Virus record (IMG/VR): IMGVR_UViG_3300050821_003884
Coordinates: 1 to 64,000 of that record
Strand: one strand, 5' to 3'
Length of the DNA: 64,000 bases
Source: a virus
Shown here: piece after piece, positions 46,431 through 55,382 of the stretch
Numbering within the stretch: the stretch's first letter is position 1
Layout of the letters: each line of letters begins with the position of its first letter
Position numbers and translations under genes: made by a program
Notes under the pieces: generated by a model
What the model saw: only the letters and a program-made list of their open reading frames with translations
Database searches by the model: none
What the model was told of the DNA's origin: nothing

Positions 46431-46688
46431 ATGAGATTTCTTCCGATCTACGTGGGGGAAGTAATGGTGGGCTTCGAAGCACAGGCGGAGAGTGAGGACG
46501 ACATCGCGGTGTTGTTCTGTCTGGCGGGATTGAAGCCGCGAGTCTACGGCGACGGGGATAGATTGCCCGCAGTACTGAGGCTGTGCCCGGAGCTGCCTTA
46601 CAAGCTGTGCCCGATAGAGCCGATGATGAACTTGAACCCGGTACGGAAGTTGCCGAAAGATTATGCCGGTCCTGCGAAAAAGAGCTGA
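46431..46688 (+). CDS. Hypothetical protein
   Basis: GGAGG SD. Confidence 0.55.
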   Translation: MRFLPIYVGEVMVGFEAQAESEDDIAVLFCLAGLKPRVYGDGDRLPAVLRLCPELPYKLCPIEPMMNLNPVRKLPKDYAGPAKKS

Positions 46689-46734
46689 AGCTAACAGGGA
46701 GAGCATTAAGGGAACTTAAGGACGGGAGGGGAAT

Positions 46735-47058
46735 ATGGCGGAACAACCGTTGCGGGAACTTTACCAGCGTCTAAACCATTTGCTGTACGACGCCTCGCTG
46801 ACTATCGACCACTTCGAAGCCAGCCCGGAACTGGACAGGCTGCCCAACGTGGCCGACATGGGAGCGCGTCGGGTGGGTTACCCGGAAACGGAGAAGTACT
46901 GCCGGTTCAAGGTGGACCAGATGATCGCGCATGCCGAAGCCATCCACGACGAAATGGACAGGGTGGCAAAGGTACTGGAAAGGCTGGCGGCTGAAGTGCA
47001 GCCTTCCGTGGCGGAAACGGGTCCGTGGCGCGAGCTTTTACGTTTTAATAAAAAGTAA
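46735..47058 (+). CDS. Hypothetical protein
   Basis: GGGAGGGG SD; array starts right after its stop. Confidence 0.6.
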   Translation: MAEQPLRELYQRLNHLLYDASLTIDHFEASPELDRLPNVADMGARRVGYPETEKYCRFKVDQMIAHAEAIHDEMDRVAKVLERLAAEVQPSVAETGPWRELLRFNKK

Positions 47059-49147
47059 GCGCCATCAGAAGTAGAGCGTCAAGCCAAAGAAATCGTGCGT
47101 GCCAAGTAATTTGCGTGAGCCAACTGATACGCGAGCGCCATGAAGGGAGAGTGAGCCGCTATGCTGGAGAGCGCCAAATGAAGGGAGCGGTACACTGGGG
47201 CGTCCGAATCATGGCCGATGAGAGTACCACAGTGTCAGAGTGAACCAAACGAGTGATATAAGGGGTTTTTGTACATTAACCATTGTCTAGGCGAGCACCA
47301 CGAACAGCGAGTGAATCATGGGACATGAGAGTGCCAAGAGGCGGGAGTGAATCAAGCAAATTGAGAGTACCGGGAAAAGGGAGTGGCGAGCCATTTGCGG
47401 ATGCGAGTGCCAAAGCAAGCGTGCGAGCCAGCCTAAGTGAGCGACAGCCGTTCTTGATACGAGCGCCATGGAGTGGGAGCGAACCATATCTTGAGTGAGC
47501 GCCAAAATGGTGGTGTGAACCACCGAAATTGCGAGTACCAAAGTAAATGCGTGAACCGGAAAGCTATGAGAGCACCAGAATCAGGGAGTGAGCCAAAGAT
47601 CGTGAGAGCGCCAAAGGCCGAGGAGCGAACCATCATTGCTGCGAGCACCATTAAAGTTGCGTGAATCAGTAATCATGCGAGCACCAAAAGAGGTGAGTGA
47701 ATCAGACATGACGAGAGCGCCAAGATCAGCGAGTGAACCAGTAATTATGCGAGCACCAGAATAATAGCGTGAACCAATCTAGCAGCGAGCACCAAGACGA
47801 TAGAGTGAATCATGCAAACTGCGAGTGCCACGCCCGGAGAGTGAACCAAAGTATGAGCGGGTGCCAAACCAAATGCGTGAATAAACGAATGATACAGGTG
47901 GCTTTTATAATTTTAATTTCAGCCAAAATTACTTGCGAGCGCCATCGTAAGAGTGAACCAAGTCTTTGGCGAGTGCCGGGAATCCCGCGTGAGCCAATAG
48001 GTAGTGCGAGCGCCAAAGTGACAGTGCGAACCGAAAGACGCGAGATGCGCCAAAGAAAATGCGTGAACCGTAATGAAAGTGAGCGCCAAGTTCAGAGCGT
48101 GAACCAAGTTGATTGCGAGCACCATTAACGGCGAGTGAACCAACATGGATGTGCGTGCCAAGCGCATGGAGTGAAATGAGTGATACCGGGGCTTTTGCTT
48201 TTCAAACCATTACATCGGCGGGTGCCAATAAACGAGCGTGAAATTAACCAGTTCAAATGCGCAGTACCAAATAATCCGCGTGAACCACAAAGTAGTGCGA
48301 GCACCACAACACCGGCGTGAACCATATGCACCGCGTGTGCCATAGTAAAAGCAAAAGCCCCGGTATCGCTCGTTTAACCAACCTTACGGCGAGCGCCAAG
48401 TTGGAAGCGTGGAACCGGAATCAGAGTGAGCGCCAAATACGCTGAGTGAAACCATGGGTGTTGCGAGCACCAGTAAGACTGCGTGAACCAAGATCAGGGA
48501 GAGTGCCAATCGATGAGAGTGAACCAAGTACACCGGGAGTTACCAAAGGAGTTGAGTGAACCAAAGAGTGTTGCGAGTGCCATAACTGCGGAGTAACCAA
48601 CCCACAAGCGAGTACCAAAGATTACGCGTGAACTAATTCATTTGCGAGCGCCAAGGAATCGGAGTGAACCAATCAGCAGGGGAGGAGGACCGTGAAAACT
48701 TACACCGTGCTGCTCAGGGACCGCAGTTATCACGAAATTAAAGCCATGAACGAAAACAGCGCTTACAACAAGGCCCTGCGCCGCTTCGGAATCCATAGCG
48801 TCTTTGCCGTCTGGCGGACCCGATCAGCGCCCGGAGTCTTTAAGGATTAAGGGAACAACAGCCAGTGTAGATGCGAGCGCCAAGATACCAGTGTGAGCCG
48901 ATGTACAGCGAAAGCCATCTTTGACGGGAGTACCGGAAGGATTGAGTGAACCAATGTCGAAGGTGAGCACCACGGTATAGGAGTGAACCAATAGATGCGA
49001 GAGCGCCACAGCCATAGCGTGAACCAGCTTGATAGTGAGTGCCAGATATAGGGAGTGAACCAGAACCCTAGAGAGCGCCAAGATTGAGGAGTGAATTTGA
49101 AAGAAGTTACCCCGGATCGCGTGCGAGTGCCGAATCCAAGGAGTGAA
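47059..49147 (+). repeat. TIGR-like guide-RNA array block 3 (roughly 45-50 units, interrupted)
   Basis: Continuous 36-nt periodicity of GMGTGAACC-N9-GMGAGYRCC-N9; ends GAGTGAA 9 nt before the tas ATG. Confidence 0.9.
48692..48850 (+). CDS. Small basic protein (52 aa) embedded in the array
   Basis: GGAGGAGG SD, GTG start, MKTYTVLLRDRSYHEIKAMNENSAYNKALRRFG...KD*; non-repetitive island within the array. Confidence 0.6.
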   Translation: MKTYTVLLRDRSYHEIKAMNENSAYNKALRRFGIHSVFAVWRTRSAPGVFKD

Positions 49148-49156
49148 TTTTAATTT

Positions 49157-50173
49157 ATGAGCACCATCGCACCCATCGCTGAAGTCATGGAGCCGCTCAA
49201 GCGGCTTACGCGGGATTTAGCCAAAGCCGCCGTCACCCTGTCCGCGCACGAGGCGCGGTTTCTGGTGGACGCCTACTACATGATGCAGAAGAACCGCATC
49301 GCCGCCGCGCATCAGATTCGTACCCTGAGCGCGGGCAACGAACCCCACACCGTGCTGGACTGGCTGGAAACCCAGAGCGAGATGCTGGAATCGCAGATCA
49401 AACGCGCTCTGGACAAGTGGACGGACGCGAACCCGGTCGGCATCTGGGCAAAGAGTATCACCGGCATCGGCCCCGTCATCGCGGCGGGATTACTGGCGCA
49501 TATCGACATCACCCACTCGGAGACGGCGGGGCATATCTGGTCCTTCGCCGGACTCAATCCCGAGATGGTGTGGAAGAAAGGAGAGAAGCGGCCTTTCAAC
49601 GCGTCGCTCAAAACCCTGTGCGCCTTCAAACTGGGCGAGTCGTTCGTGAAGGTGCAGGCGAATGAAAACGACATCTACGGCAGGGTCTTCGCCATGCGCA
49701 AGAAGCAGGAAGCGGAATACAATGTGGCGGGCAGGTTTGCCCAGATAGCCGCGACGAAGGCGGCGATGGTTGGCAAGTCCACCGACGCGTACAAGGCGTA
49801 CAGCGCCAACCTGCTGCCCCCGGCGCACATCCATGCGCGGGCCAGACGCTACGCGGTAAAACTGTTTTTAGCCCATTACCACATGGTGGCTTATTTCCAG
49901 CACCACCAGCGGCTGCCGCCCTTTCCCTACGCCTTCTCCCATCTGGAAGGGCACATCCACTTCATCGAGCCGCCGCATGCGGATTTGATTCCGGGCCTGC
50001 CTGCGGCGCTGAATATCTACCAGTTAGAGATGCGCAACCGGCCAAGGAATTTTAATCCACGACAACCAAAAGCTATGAGCGCACCAATGCAGATGAGTGA
50101 ACCAGTGTCGCCGGGTGTACCAAGAAACGAGAGTGAACCGAAGCCGAAAGGCAAAAGGAAGCGCAAGGCGTAA
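49157..50173 (+). CDS. tasA: TIGR-associated Nop-domain RNA-binding protein without nuclease (TasA-like; IS110/Nop56-related)
   Basis: Coiled-coil N-terminus, SITGIGPVIAAGLLAHID...GHIWSFAGLNP...FNASLKT...YGRVF...HIHARARRYAVKLFL; no N-terminal RuvC/DEDD and no IS110 catalytic SG after GLxP; arrays on both sides. Confidence 0.85.
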   Translation: MSTIAPIAEVMEPLKRLTRDLAKAAVTLSAHEARFLVDAYYMMQKNRIAAAHQIRTLSAGNEPHTVLDWLETQSEMLESQIKRALDKWTDANPVGIWAKSITGIGPVIAAGLLAHIDITHSETAGHIWSFAGLNPEMVWKKGEKRPFNASLKTLCAFKLGESFVKVQANENDIYGRVFAMRKKQEAEYNVAGRFAQIAATKAAMVGKSTDAYKAYSANLLPPAHIHARARRYAVKLFLAHYHMVAYFQHHQRLPPFPYAFSHLEGHIHFIEPPHADLIPGLPAALNIYQLEMRNRPRNFNPRQPKAMSAPMQMSEPVSPGVPRNESEPKPKGKRKRKA

Positions 50174-50950
50174 ACCACAGTACTTGCGAGCACCAAGCAG
50201 TCGGAGTGAACCAGAGAATCGGAGAGCACCAAGCCAAGGGAGTGAACCAGCACACGAGAGAGCACCAAGGAGCGCGAGTGAACCAGTAAGTTAGCGAGTA
50301 CCAAGAACCGCGAGTGAACCATTAGCAGTTGCGAGCACCAGAACTAGGGAGTGAACCAGTAGCCACGTGAGCACCAATATCGGTGAGTGAACCATCATGG
50401 TTGTGAGCACCAGAGGAAACACGTGAACCAAGATTTCCGTGAGCGCCAATGGACGAGAGTAAACCGGAAAGCGGGAGAGCACCAAGCGGATAGAGTGAAC
50501 CAAACCAGCAATACCGGGGCTTTTGTACTTTGAACTAATTCATCAGGGAGCGCCAAAAAGAATGCGTGAACCATGGGCCATGCGGGTGCCAAAGCACGAG
50601 AGTGAAAACCATTCCGCGTGAGCGTACCAAAAATGTCGCGTGAACCAGAGTCGTTGTGAGTGCCATACAAAGGGAGTGAGCGGGTTTTGTACTTAACCGA
50701 TTATCAGGCGAGCGCCAGCGTCGAGGAGTGAACCACGAGCCGCGAGAGCACCAATGCTGCGGAGTGAACCAGAAGGAGATGAGAGCGCCAAGGCAGGGAA
50801 GTGAACCAGTGTACCAGTGAGCACCAAAATGAGTGAGTGAACCATTAGATTAAGGGAGCACCAATAGTACGGCGTGAACCAAAAAGCGAGAGAGCGCCAA
50901 GTTGGAAGTGTGAACCAAAGGACATGAGAGTGCCAGACAAAGGGAGTGAA
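50064..50950 (+). repeat. TIGR-like guide-RNA array block 4 (roughly 22 units)
   Basis: Starts inside the 3' end of tas; e.g. gcgagcacc-aagcagtcg-gagtgaacc-agagaatcg-gagagcacc-aagccaagg-gagtgaacc. Confidence 0.9.
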
Positions 50951-51148
50951 ATTAAATTCAGCTCCGGCGTGCGTGGCAAGTACGCCGGGAAGCTGCCGCT
51001 GGTGGCCGACGTGAGTATTAGCATCACCTGCCCCAAGTGCGGGATGACGAGTTACAACCCGAACGACGTAAGCCAGCGTTACTGCGGCAACTGCCATGCA
51101 TTTCACGACGACATGAAAGAGGGGTTTGAACGTGGCCCTAGAAGCTGA
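50924..51148 (+). CDS. Small Zn-finger protein
   Basis: ITCPKCGMTSYNPND...YCGNCH; start uncertain. Confidence 0.55.
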   Translation: MRVPDKGSEIKFSSGVRGKYAGKLPLVADVSISITCPKCGMTSYNPNDVSQRYCGNCHAFHDDMKEGFERGPRS

Positions 51149-51626
51149 GATCGAGCGCGGCTGGGCGCTGCTGGAACTGGATGTGCCTGCCTTAGAGGGC
51201 GGCGTCGCCATGAAGTTTGTCGTCGAAAACGATACCGAATCGACTATCGTCTTCGTGCCCGAACCGGAAGTGATCAACGATCCCGATCTGAAAAGCGCCG
51301 TTGCCCAGAAGGTGCGTAAGCTGGTGCGGGAGATGGACGCGCACACCGTCTATCACATCTCCGATGCATGGACCGGCCACGTGCCCGACGCCAAGAACAG
51401 GCCGGAGCTGATGCGACTGGTGCAGGAGGTCGGGATAAAGAAGGCTTCCGAAATGGGCCTTGCCACCGTGCGCGAAGCTCTGATGTGCCAGATTACCAAG
51501 CGCAATGAGGCCGCCCTGCTGCGCTGGTTCTATCGCCGCGAGGGCACGGAAGAAAAGATCGTCATGGAGGAGCGCGATAAAATCAACGGACTGGCGCAGG
51601 GAAGATTCTCCAAGCTCTTTACCTGA
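51126..51626 (+). CDS. Hypothetical protein
   Basis: GAGGGG SD, TTG start. Confidence 0.55.
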   Translation: MNVALEAEIERGWALLELDVPALEGGVAMKFVVENDTESTIVFVPEPEVINDPDLKSAVAQKVRKLVREMDAHTVYHISDAWTGHVPDAKNRPELMRLVQEVGIKKASEMGLATVREALMCQITKRNEAALLRWFYRREGTEEKIVMEERDKINGLAQGRFSKLFT

Positions 51627-51650
51627 AAATAAATTCTGGAGGGAAGTTAC

Positions 51651-52211
51651 ATGAGCTGCCCACGCGACGGAAGGCAGAGCCACCCCCTGTTCCAAACGTG
51701 GCGTTCCATGGTGCGTCGGTGCCACGATCCAAAGTTTAGGCACTATAAGAATTACGGCGCACGTGGCATTCGCGTCTGCGATGTATGGCGACGGTCATTC
51801 TGGCAGTTCGTGACTGACGTAGGCCAGCGGCCAGCGGGCCGTAGCTTAGACCGGGAGGATAATAACGGTCCTTATTCTCCCGGCAATGTTAAATGGGCTA
51901 CACGCGAGGAACAGGGTCGAAACACGCGCTTCAATCGTCTGCTTACGGTCAACGGTGTTACGAAAACATTGCAGGAGTGGAGCAATGAAACGGGTCGCCC
52001 GAAGAGCACTCTTTTTAATCGCATCCGACGCGGCTGGACGGGCGAGGAGGCTGTGCTCACCCCCGTGCGCGGAGAAAGCGTCTTGAGCGTGTGCCATGAG
52101 CTTGGGTTGAACCCTAATACGGTAGCGGGCAGACTACGCCGTGGCTGGACATGGGAGCAAGCGATTGCTAAACCTGTTCAGGTCCATCGAAGGAGAGATT
52201 ATGTCCACTAA
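51651..52211 (+). CDS. HNH (homing-type) endonuclease with two C-terminal DNA-binding repeats
   Basis: WRSMVRRC, YGARGIRVC, SLDREDNNGPYSPGNVKWAT...QGRN; RIRRGW/RLRRGW repeats. Confidence 0.88.
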   Translation: MSCPRDGRQSHPLFQTWRSMVRRCHDPKFRHYKNYGARGIRVCDVWRRSFWQFVTDVGQRPAGRSLDREDNNGPYSPGNVKWATREEQGRNTRFNRLLTVNGVTKTLQEWSNETGRPKSTLFNRIRRGWTGEEAVLTPVRGESVLSVCHELGLNPNTVAGRLRRGWTWEQAIAKPVQVHRRRDYVH

Positions 52212-52869
52212 ATGCCCCGTTGAACACACTCTGAGGCCGGATTTGCCACCCTTGCCGGAAAATATGAAGCATTTGCCTATCTTTCGTTCTTACCCCGTGC
52301 CCGCCTTCGTCCACTGGCTGGAAAACGGCGAACCCGAGTTCCGCATCCTTGAGCCGGGTTACTTCGTCAAAGCCATCCGCCAGTCCCTGTGCTGGGTCTG
52401 CGGCCTGCCTTTTACCAACCGCCGCAGAGCCTTCGTCATTGGGCCGATGTGCGCCATCAACCGCATCTCCGCCGAGCCACCCTGCCATGTGGAATGCGCC
52501 CGCTTCTCCGCCATCGGCTGCCCCTTCATGAGCCGTCCTCACATGGTCCGGCGCGAGGACAACCTGCCCGATGGCATCCACGTGCAGGAAGGCCACGTCG
52601 AGCATAATCCCACCGTGGCGCTGGTCTACCACACGCGAAAGTTCAAGGTCTTCAACACCAAGACCGGCCCGCTGGTTGAAATGGATGAGCCATACGACGT
52701 GGAGTGGTATTACCAAGGGCGCAGGGCCACGCGGGACGAGGTTCTGGGGGCGCTGGTGAAGGGCATCGCGCAACTGCGCGATGAAGCTCTCACGCACGGC
52801 CCGGAGGCGGTCACGGAGATGGAGAAGCAGATCGCCTACGTGCTCGACAATCTGGTGCCGGTACGATGA
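52201..52869 (+). CDS. Conserved Cys-rich hypothetical protein
   Basis: YPVP.FV...CWVCG...FVIGPMC...EPPCHVECA...CPFM. Confidence 0.7.
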   Translation: MSTKCPVEHTLRPDLPPLPENMKHLPIFRSYPVPAFVHWLENGEPEFRILEPGYFVKAIRQSLCWVCGLPFTNRRRAFVIGPMCAINRISAEPPCHVECARFSAIGCPFMSRPHMVRREDNLPDGIHVQEGHVEHNPTVALVYHTRKFKVFNTKTGPLVEMDEPYDVEWYYQGRRATRDEVLGALVKGIAQLRDEALTHGPEAVTEMEKQIAYVLDNLVPVR

Positions 52870-53144
52870 GCGGCGACATGAAAGTAAAGTTCATCCCTTC
52901 GGGCCGGGGCAAGGCGCAGTGTCCGCCCGATCCGGAGTTTCCCAAAGGCGTGCATATCCGCGCTCCCGCAGGCGTTGTCCACACTTGCAGGGTGGAGCTG
53001 CCCTATCCCGCCCCGGAGTGCGGCATGTTCAGCATCGCGTGCGAGCGCTGCGGCCTTACGGTGATGATTACGGCGGCGGGGCGGGTAGACGATCCGGTCA
53101 GCGTGGAGCTGCCCTGCGCGTGGACGGCAGGCAGAAAGGGATAA
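52866..53144 (+). CDS. Cys-rich hypothetical protein
   Basis: Coupled overlap. Confidence 0.6.
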   Translation: MSGDMKVKFIPSGRGKAQCPPDPEFPKGVHIRAPAGVVHTCRVELPYPAPECGMFSIACERCGLTVMITAAGRVDDPVSVELPCAWTAGRKG

Positions 53145-53149
53145 AGCGG

Positions 53150-53335
53150 ATGAAAAGCGAACAGGAGGTACGCACCCGACTTGAAGCCATCTACGACGAG
53201 CTGGTGCGCCTGCGTCACCAGCCCAAGCCATGGGCGCTCCAGACGCGGCAGGATATCGACCGCGCCCACGGACGCATCGACGCGCTGGAATGGGTGCTGG
53301 AACTGGGGATATACGGGGCCGAGGCCAAGCGATGA
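53150..53335 (+). CDS. Hypothetical protein
   Basis: MKSEQEV...RIDALEWVL. Confidence 0.6.
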   Translation: MKSEQEVRTRLEAIYDELVRLRHQPKPWALQTRQDIDRAHGRIDALEWVLELGIYGAEAKR

Positions 53336-53568
53336 AGGCGGCGAGCGAACTGGCGGCGCTGAGGGCGGAAAACGAGCGGCTGAAGCAGGTGCTCGCGACG
53401 ATACAGGAGGAGTGCAACAACTTTGTCGAAGCGTACTCCTTCGCCAAGCCGTATCCGAAGGGGTATATCTACACGCTGGCGGAGTCCCGCGCCGGGATGG
53501 TCTTTGCCCACGGACGCTTTCAGGTGATGGCCAAGAAGATCGCCGAGGCTATAAGTGGGGTATCTTAA
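53332..53568 (+). CDS. Hypothetical protein
   Basis: Coupled overlap. Confidence 0.5.
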   Translation: MKAASELAALRAENERLKQVLATIQEECNNFVEAYSFAKPYPKGYIYTLAESRAGMVFAHGRFQVMAKKIAEAISGVS

Positions 53569-53695
53569 GCAAGGGTTAAGTTATAAACCAAGAGCCATTT
53601 TATATAATCAGGTTAGTAAGTTAAGTTATTCCCCCTGTAAGGGATGCAGACCTTAGTAACATCGGAAATAAATTGTTGTTTTTGTCGCCGAATGC

Positions 53696-53723
53696 CTTGA
53701 CAAATTGATGATGATCATCAGAT
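53696..53723 (+). promoter_or_regulatory. TTGACA followed by degenerate site A (copy 4)
   Basis: TTGACA-aat-TGATGATGATCATCA (15 of 18). Confidence 0.55.
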
Positions 53724-53989
53724 ATTTGTGATCAACGTCAGGCGGGATATTTAGCCTCCCCCGTTGCCCGTAACACAGTACGGGCGCACAAAGGTTTCTG
53801 TCGCACGCCGCCACGTGAAGGGGAAATCTTCCCCGCAACCCAGCAATGGGAAATTAAAATTTTCGCCGCTACTTCGCTGAATTGCGACAGCGGCGAGTTG
53901 CGTTTTTAGGGTTGATTGCTGTTTCGCCGACTTACGGACTTGCAAAGAATTGCGCCTTTTACCGCTGAGCTATTGCTGGGAGGCTGAAA

Positions 53990-54175
53990 TTGGCTACACA
54001 AAGTACCTTCGAAACATCTATGCAGCGTGCCTGTTTACGCTGCGGGCATGAGTGGATTCAGCGCAAGATTTCCGATGACAAACCGGCCCAGTGTCCGGCG
54101 TGCAAAAGTCCGAAGTGGAACATTAAATCCACTCGGGCGCGGGCGGGAAAGCGAAAAAGCGACAACCCAAATTAA
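53990..54175 (+). CDS. Zn-ribbon protein (paralog family)
   Basis: GGGAGG SD; CLRCGHEWIQR...PAQCPACKSPKWN. Confidence 0.7.
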   Translation: MATQSTFETSMQRACLRCGHEWIQRKISDDKPAQCPACKSPKWNIKSTRARAGKRKSDNPN

Positions 54176-54224
54176 AACCGGGGAGGGGGCTGAGCCATGC
54201 CCGGAAACCGGGCGGAGGAGCGGC

Positions 54225-54755
54225 ATGAGCTTCCACGAGCAGGCCAATGACGAAACCAATCGCCTCTGGGCTTATCGCGAGGGTGAGAACGCGTTCGACA
54301 ACGACCAGCGCAAGTGGGTATATGCCCGCGATAACCGCGAGCATGTGCTGAGGCTGGAAGAGGCCGTGCGCGATCTGGAAGAGCTGCCGAAAGGCACGCC
54401 GATTCCCCTCGCCGATCTCGACGCCCTGCTCACGCGTACCGATGGCGAGCGTGCGCGGCTGAGGAAGGAGAACGACTACCTGCGCGGCGTGGTGGGCAAC
54501 GGAAATTACGCCTGCGTCTACTGCGGGCTGTCGCGGGAAGACATGGCCAAGTGCCCCAGCGGCTTTCCCGGCTGCGCCCGCGCCGACGACATCCTGTGCG
54601 CTCCGCCCTGCGCGGGCTGCATCCGCCTCGCCGAGGTGCGCAGAGAGACGCTGGCCAAGGCGCGGGACTGGCTACAGGAAAATAACGGAGCGCTGGCGGC
54701 CTATGCCGAAGAGATGTATCGGGCGCTGGCTCCGAAAGTTACGGAGGACACATGA
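54225..54755 (+). CDS. Hypothetical protein
   Basis: GGAGGAG SD; CVYCG...CPSGFPGC. Confidence 0.6.
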   Translation: MSFHEQANDETNRLWAYREGENAFDNDQRKWVYARDNREHVLRLEEAVRDLEELPKGTPIPLADLDALLTRTDGERARLRKENDYLRGVVGNGNYACVYCGLSREDMAKCPSGFPGCARADDILCAPPCAGCIRLAEVRRETLAKARDWLQENNGALAAYAEEMYRALAPKVTEDT

Positions 54756-55054
54756 GCGGGGACGGGAAGCAGCTCCGGATAGAGGAGCTGCCGCTGATAC
54801 GGGACGACTTCATCATTCGCGCCGGGTTTCATTCAGAATTCCGCGCCGGAAGCGCATCCGCCGACGTAGCCGGAACCTTTACCGAGGAAGACGCCGAGGA
54901 TGTGATCGCCATGCTGGAGATTACCATCCGCTCTGTAAAACGGCAGATGCGGGCACCGGGCGAGCAGGAATTAGAGCCGCTGCCCATCGTCGATGACCGC
55001 AATCAGAATCCCGCCTACGCCTGCTGGGAAGGCATCGGGGAACAGGAGAAATAA
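54752..55054 (+). CDS. Hypothetical protein
   Basis: GGAGG SD, coupled. Confidence 0.55.
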   Translation: MSGDGKQLRIEELPLIRDDFIIRAGFHSEFRAGSASADVAGTFTEEDAEDVIAMLEITIRSVKRQMRAPGEQELEPLPIVDDRNQNPAYACWEGIGEQEK

Positions 55055-55055
55055 A

Positions 55056-55364
55056 TTGGCAAGCATCATGATCAACGGCATCGTGTCGCATCGCGACAAG
55101 CAGCCATACATCCAGATCAGCAATGAAAACGGCATCCTCGCCCAGCTCTCGATGGCACAGGCCAGAAACGTGGCCATGGATATTTTACAAATGAGCGCAA
55201 GAACGGAATGCGACGCCATGATCCGGAAATTCTTCGACACCAACGAGTTTCCTGAAGGCGCTGCGGACGCGCTGGTCATCAGCTTCCGCGACTACCGCGC
55301 CCAGCTCGACGACGAGGAAATCAAAACCAGCCGCAGCGACCCGGATACCGGAGAAAGACACTAA
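55056..55364 (+). CDS. Hypothetical protein
   Basis: AGGAG SD, TTG start. Confidence 0.55.
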   Translation: MASIMINGIVSHRDKQPYIQISNENGILAQLSMAQARNVAMDILQMSARTECDAMIRKFFDTNEFPEGAADALVISFRDYRAQLDDEEIKTSRSDPDTGERH

Positions 55365-55382
55365 GAGAAAGGACAACCCTCT

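Noticed and set aside
48227-48235. Spacer AATAAACGA matching 47880-47888 as a self-target
   Set aside because: The adjacent sequence does not match either neighbouring spacer or its reverse complement; a full self-target search could not be done by eye.
47283-49081. Many short ORFs on both strands in arrays (also 10413-10906 and 50017-51036)
   Set aside because: By-products of the 36-nt periodicity (SEP/VNQ/VHS repeats), with no convincing SD; not called as genes.
49157-50173. IS110 transposase / insertion sequence
   Set aside because: Lacks the N-terminal DEDD RuvC domain and the catalytic serine motif; the array context fits Tas instead.
10482-50943. Identical or near-identical spacers between blocks (AAGTTGGAA at 48398 and 50899; AATAGACGA/AATGGACGA; AATCCAAGG/AAGCCAAGG)
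   Set aside because: With about 160 A-biased 9-mers, a few such matches are expected by chance; partner spacers differ.
47059-50950. CRISPR array interpretation
   Set aside because: Two alternating 9-nt repeats with spacers of about 9 nt and no cas1/cas2 or effector genes do not fit CRISPR.
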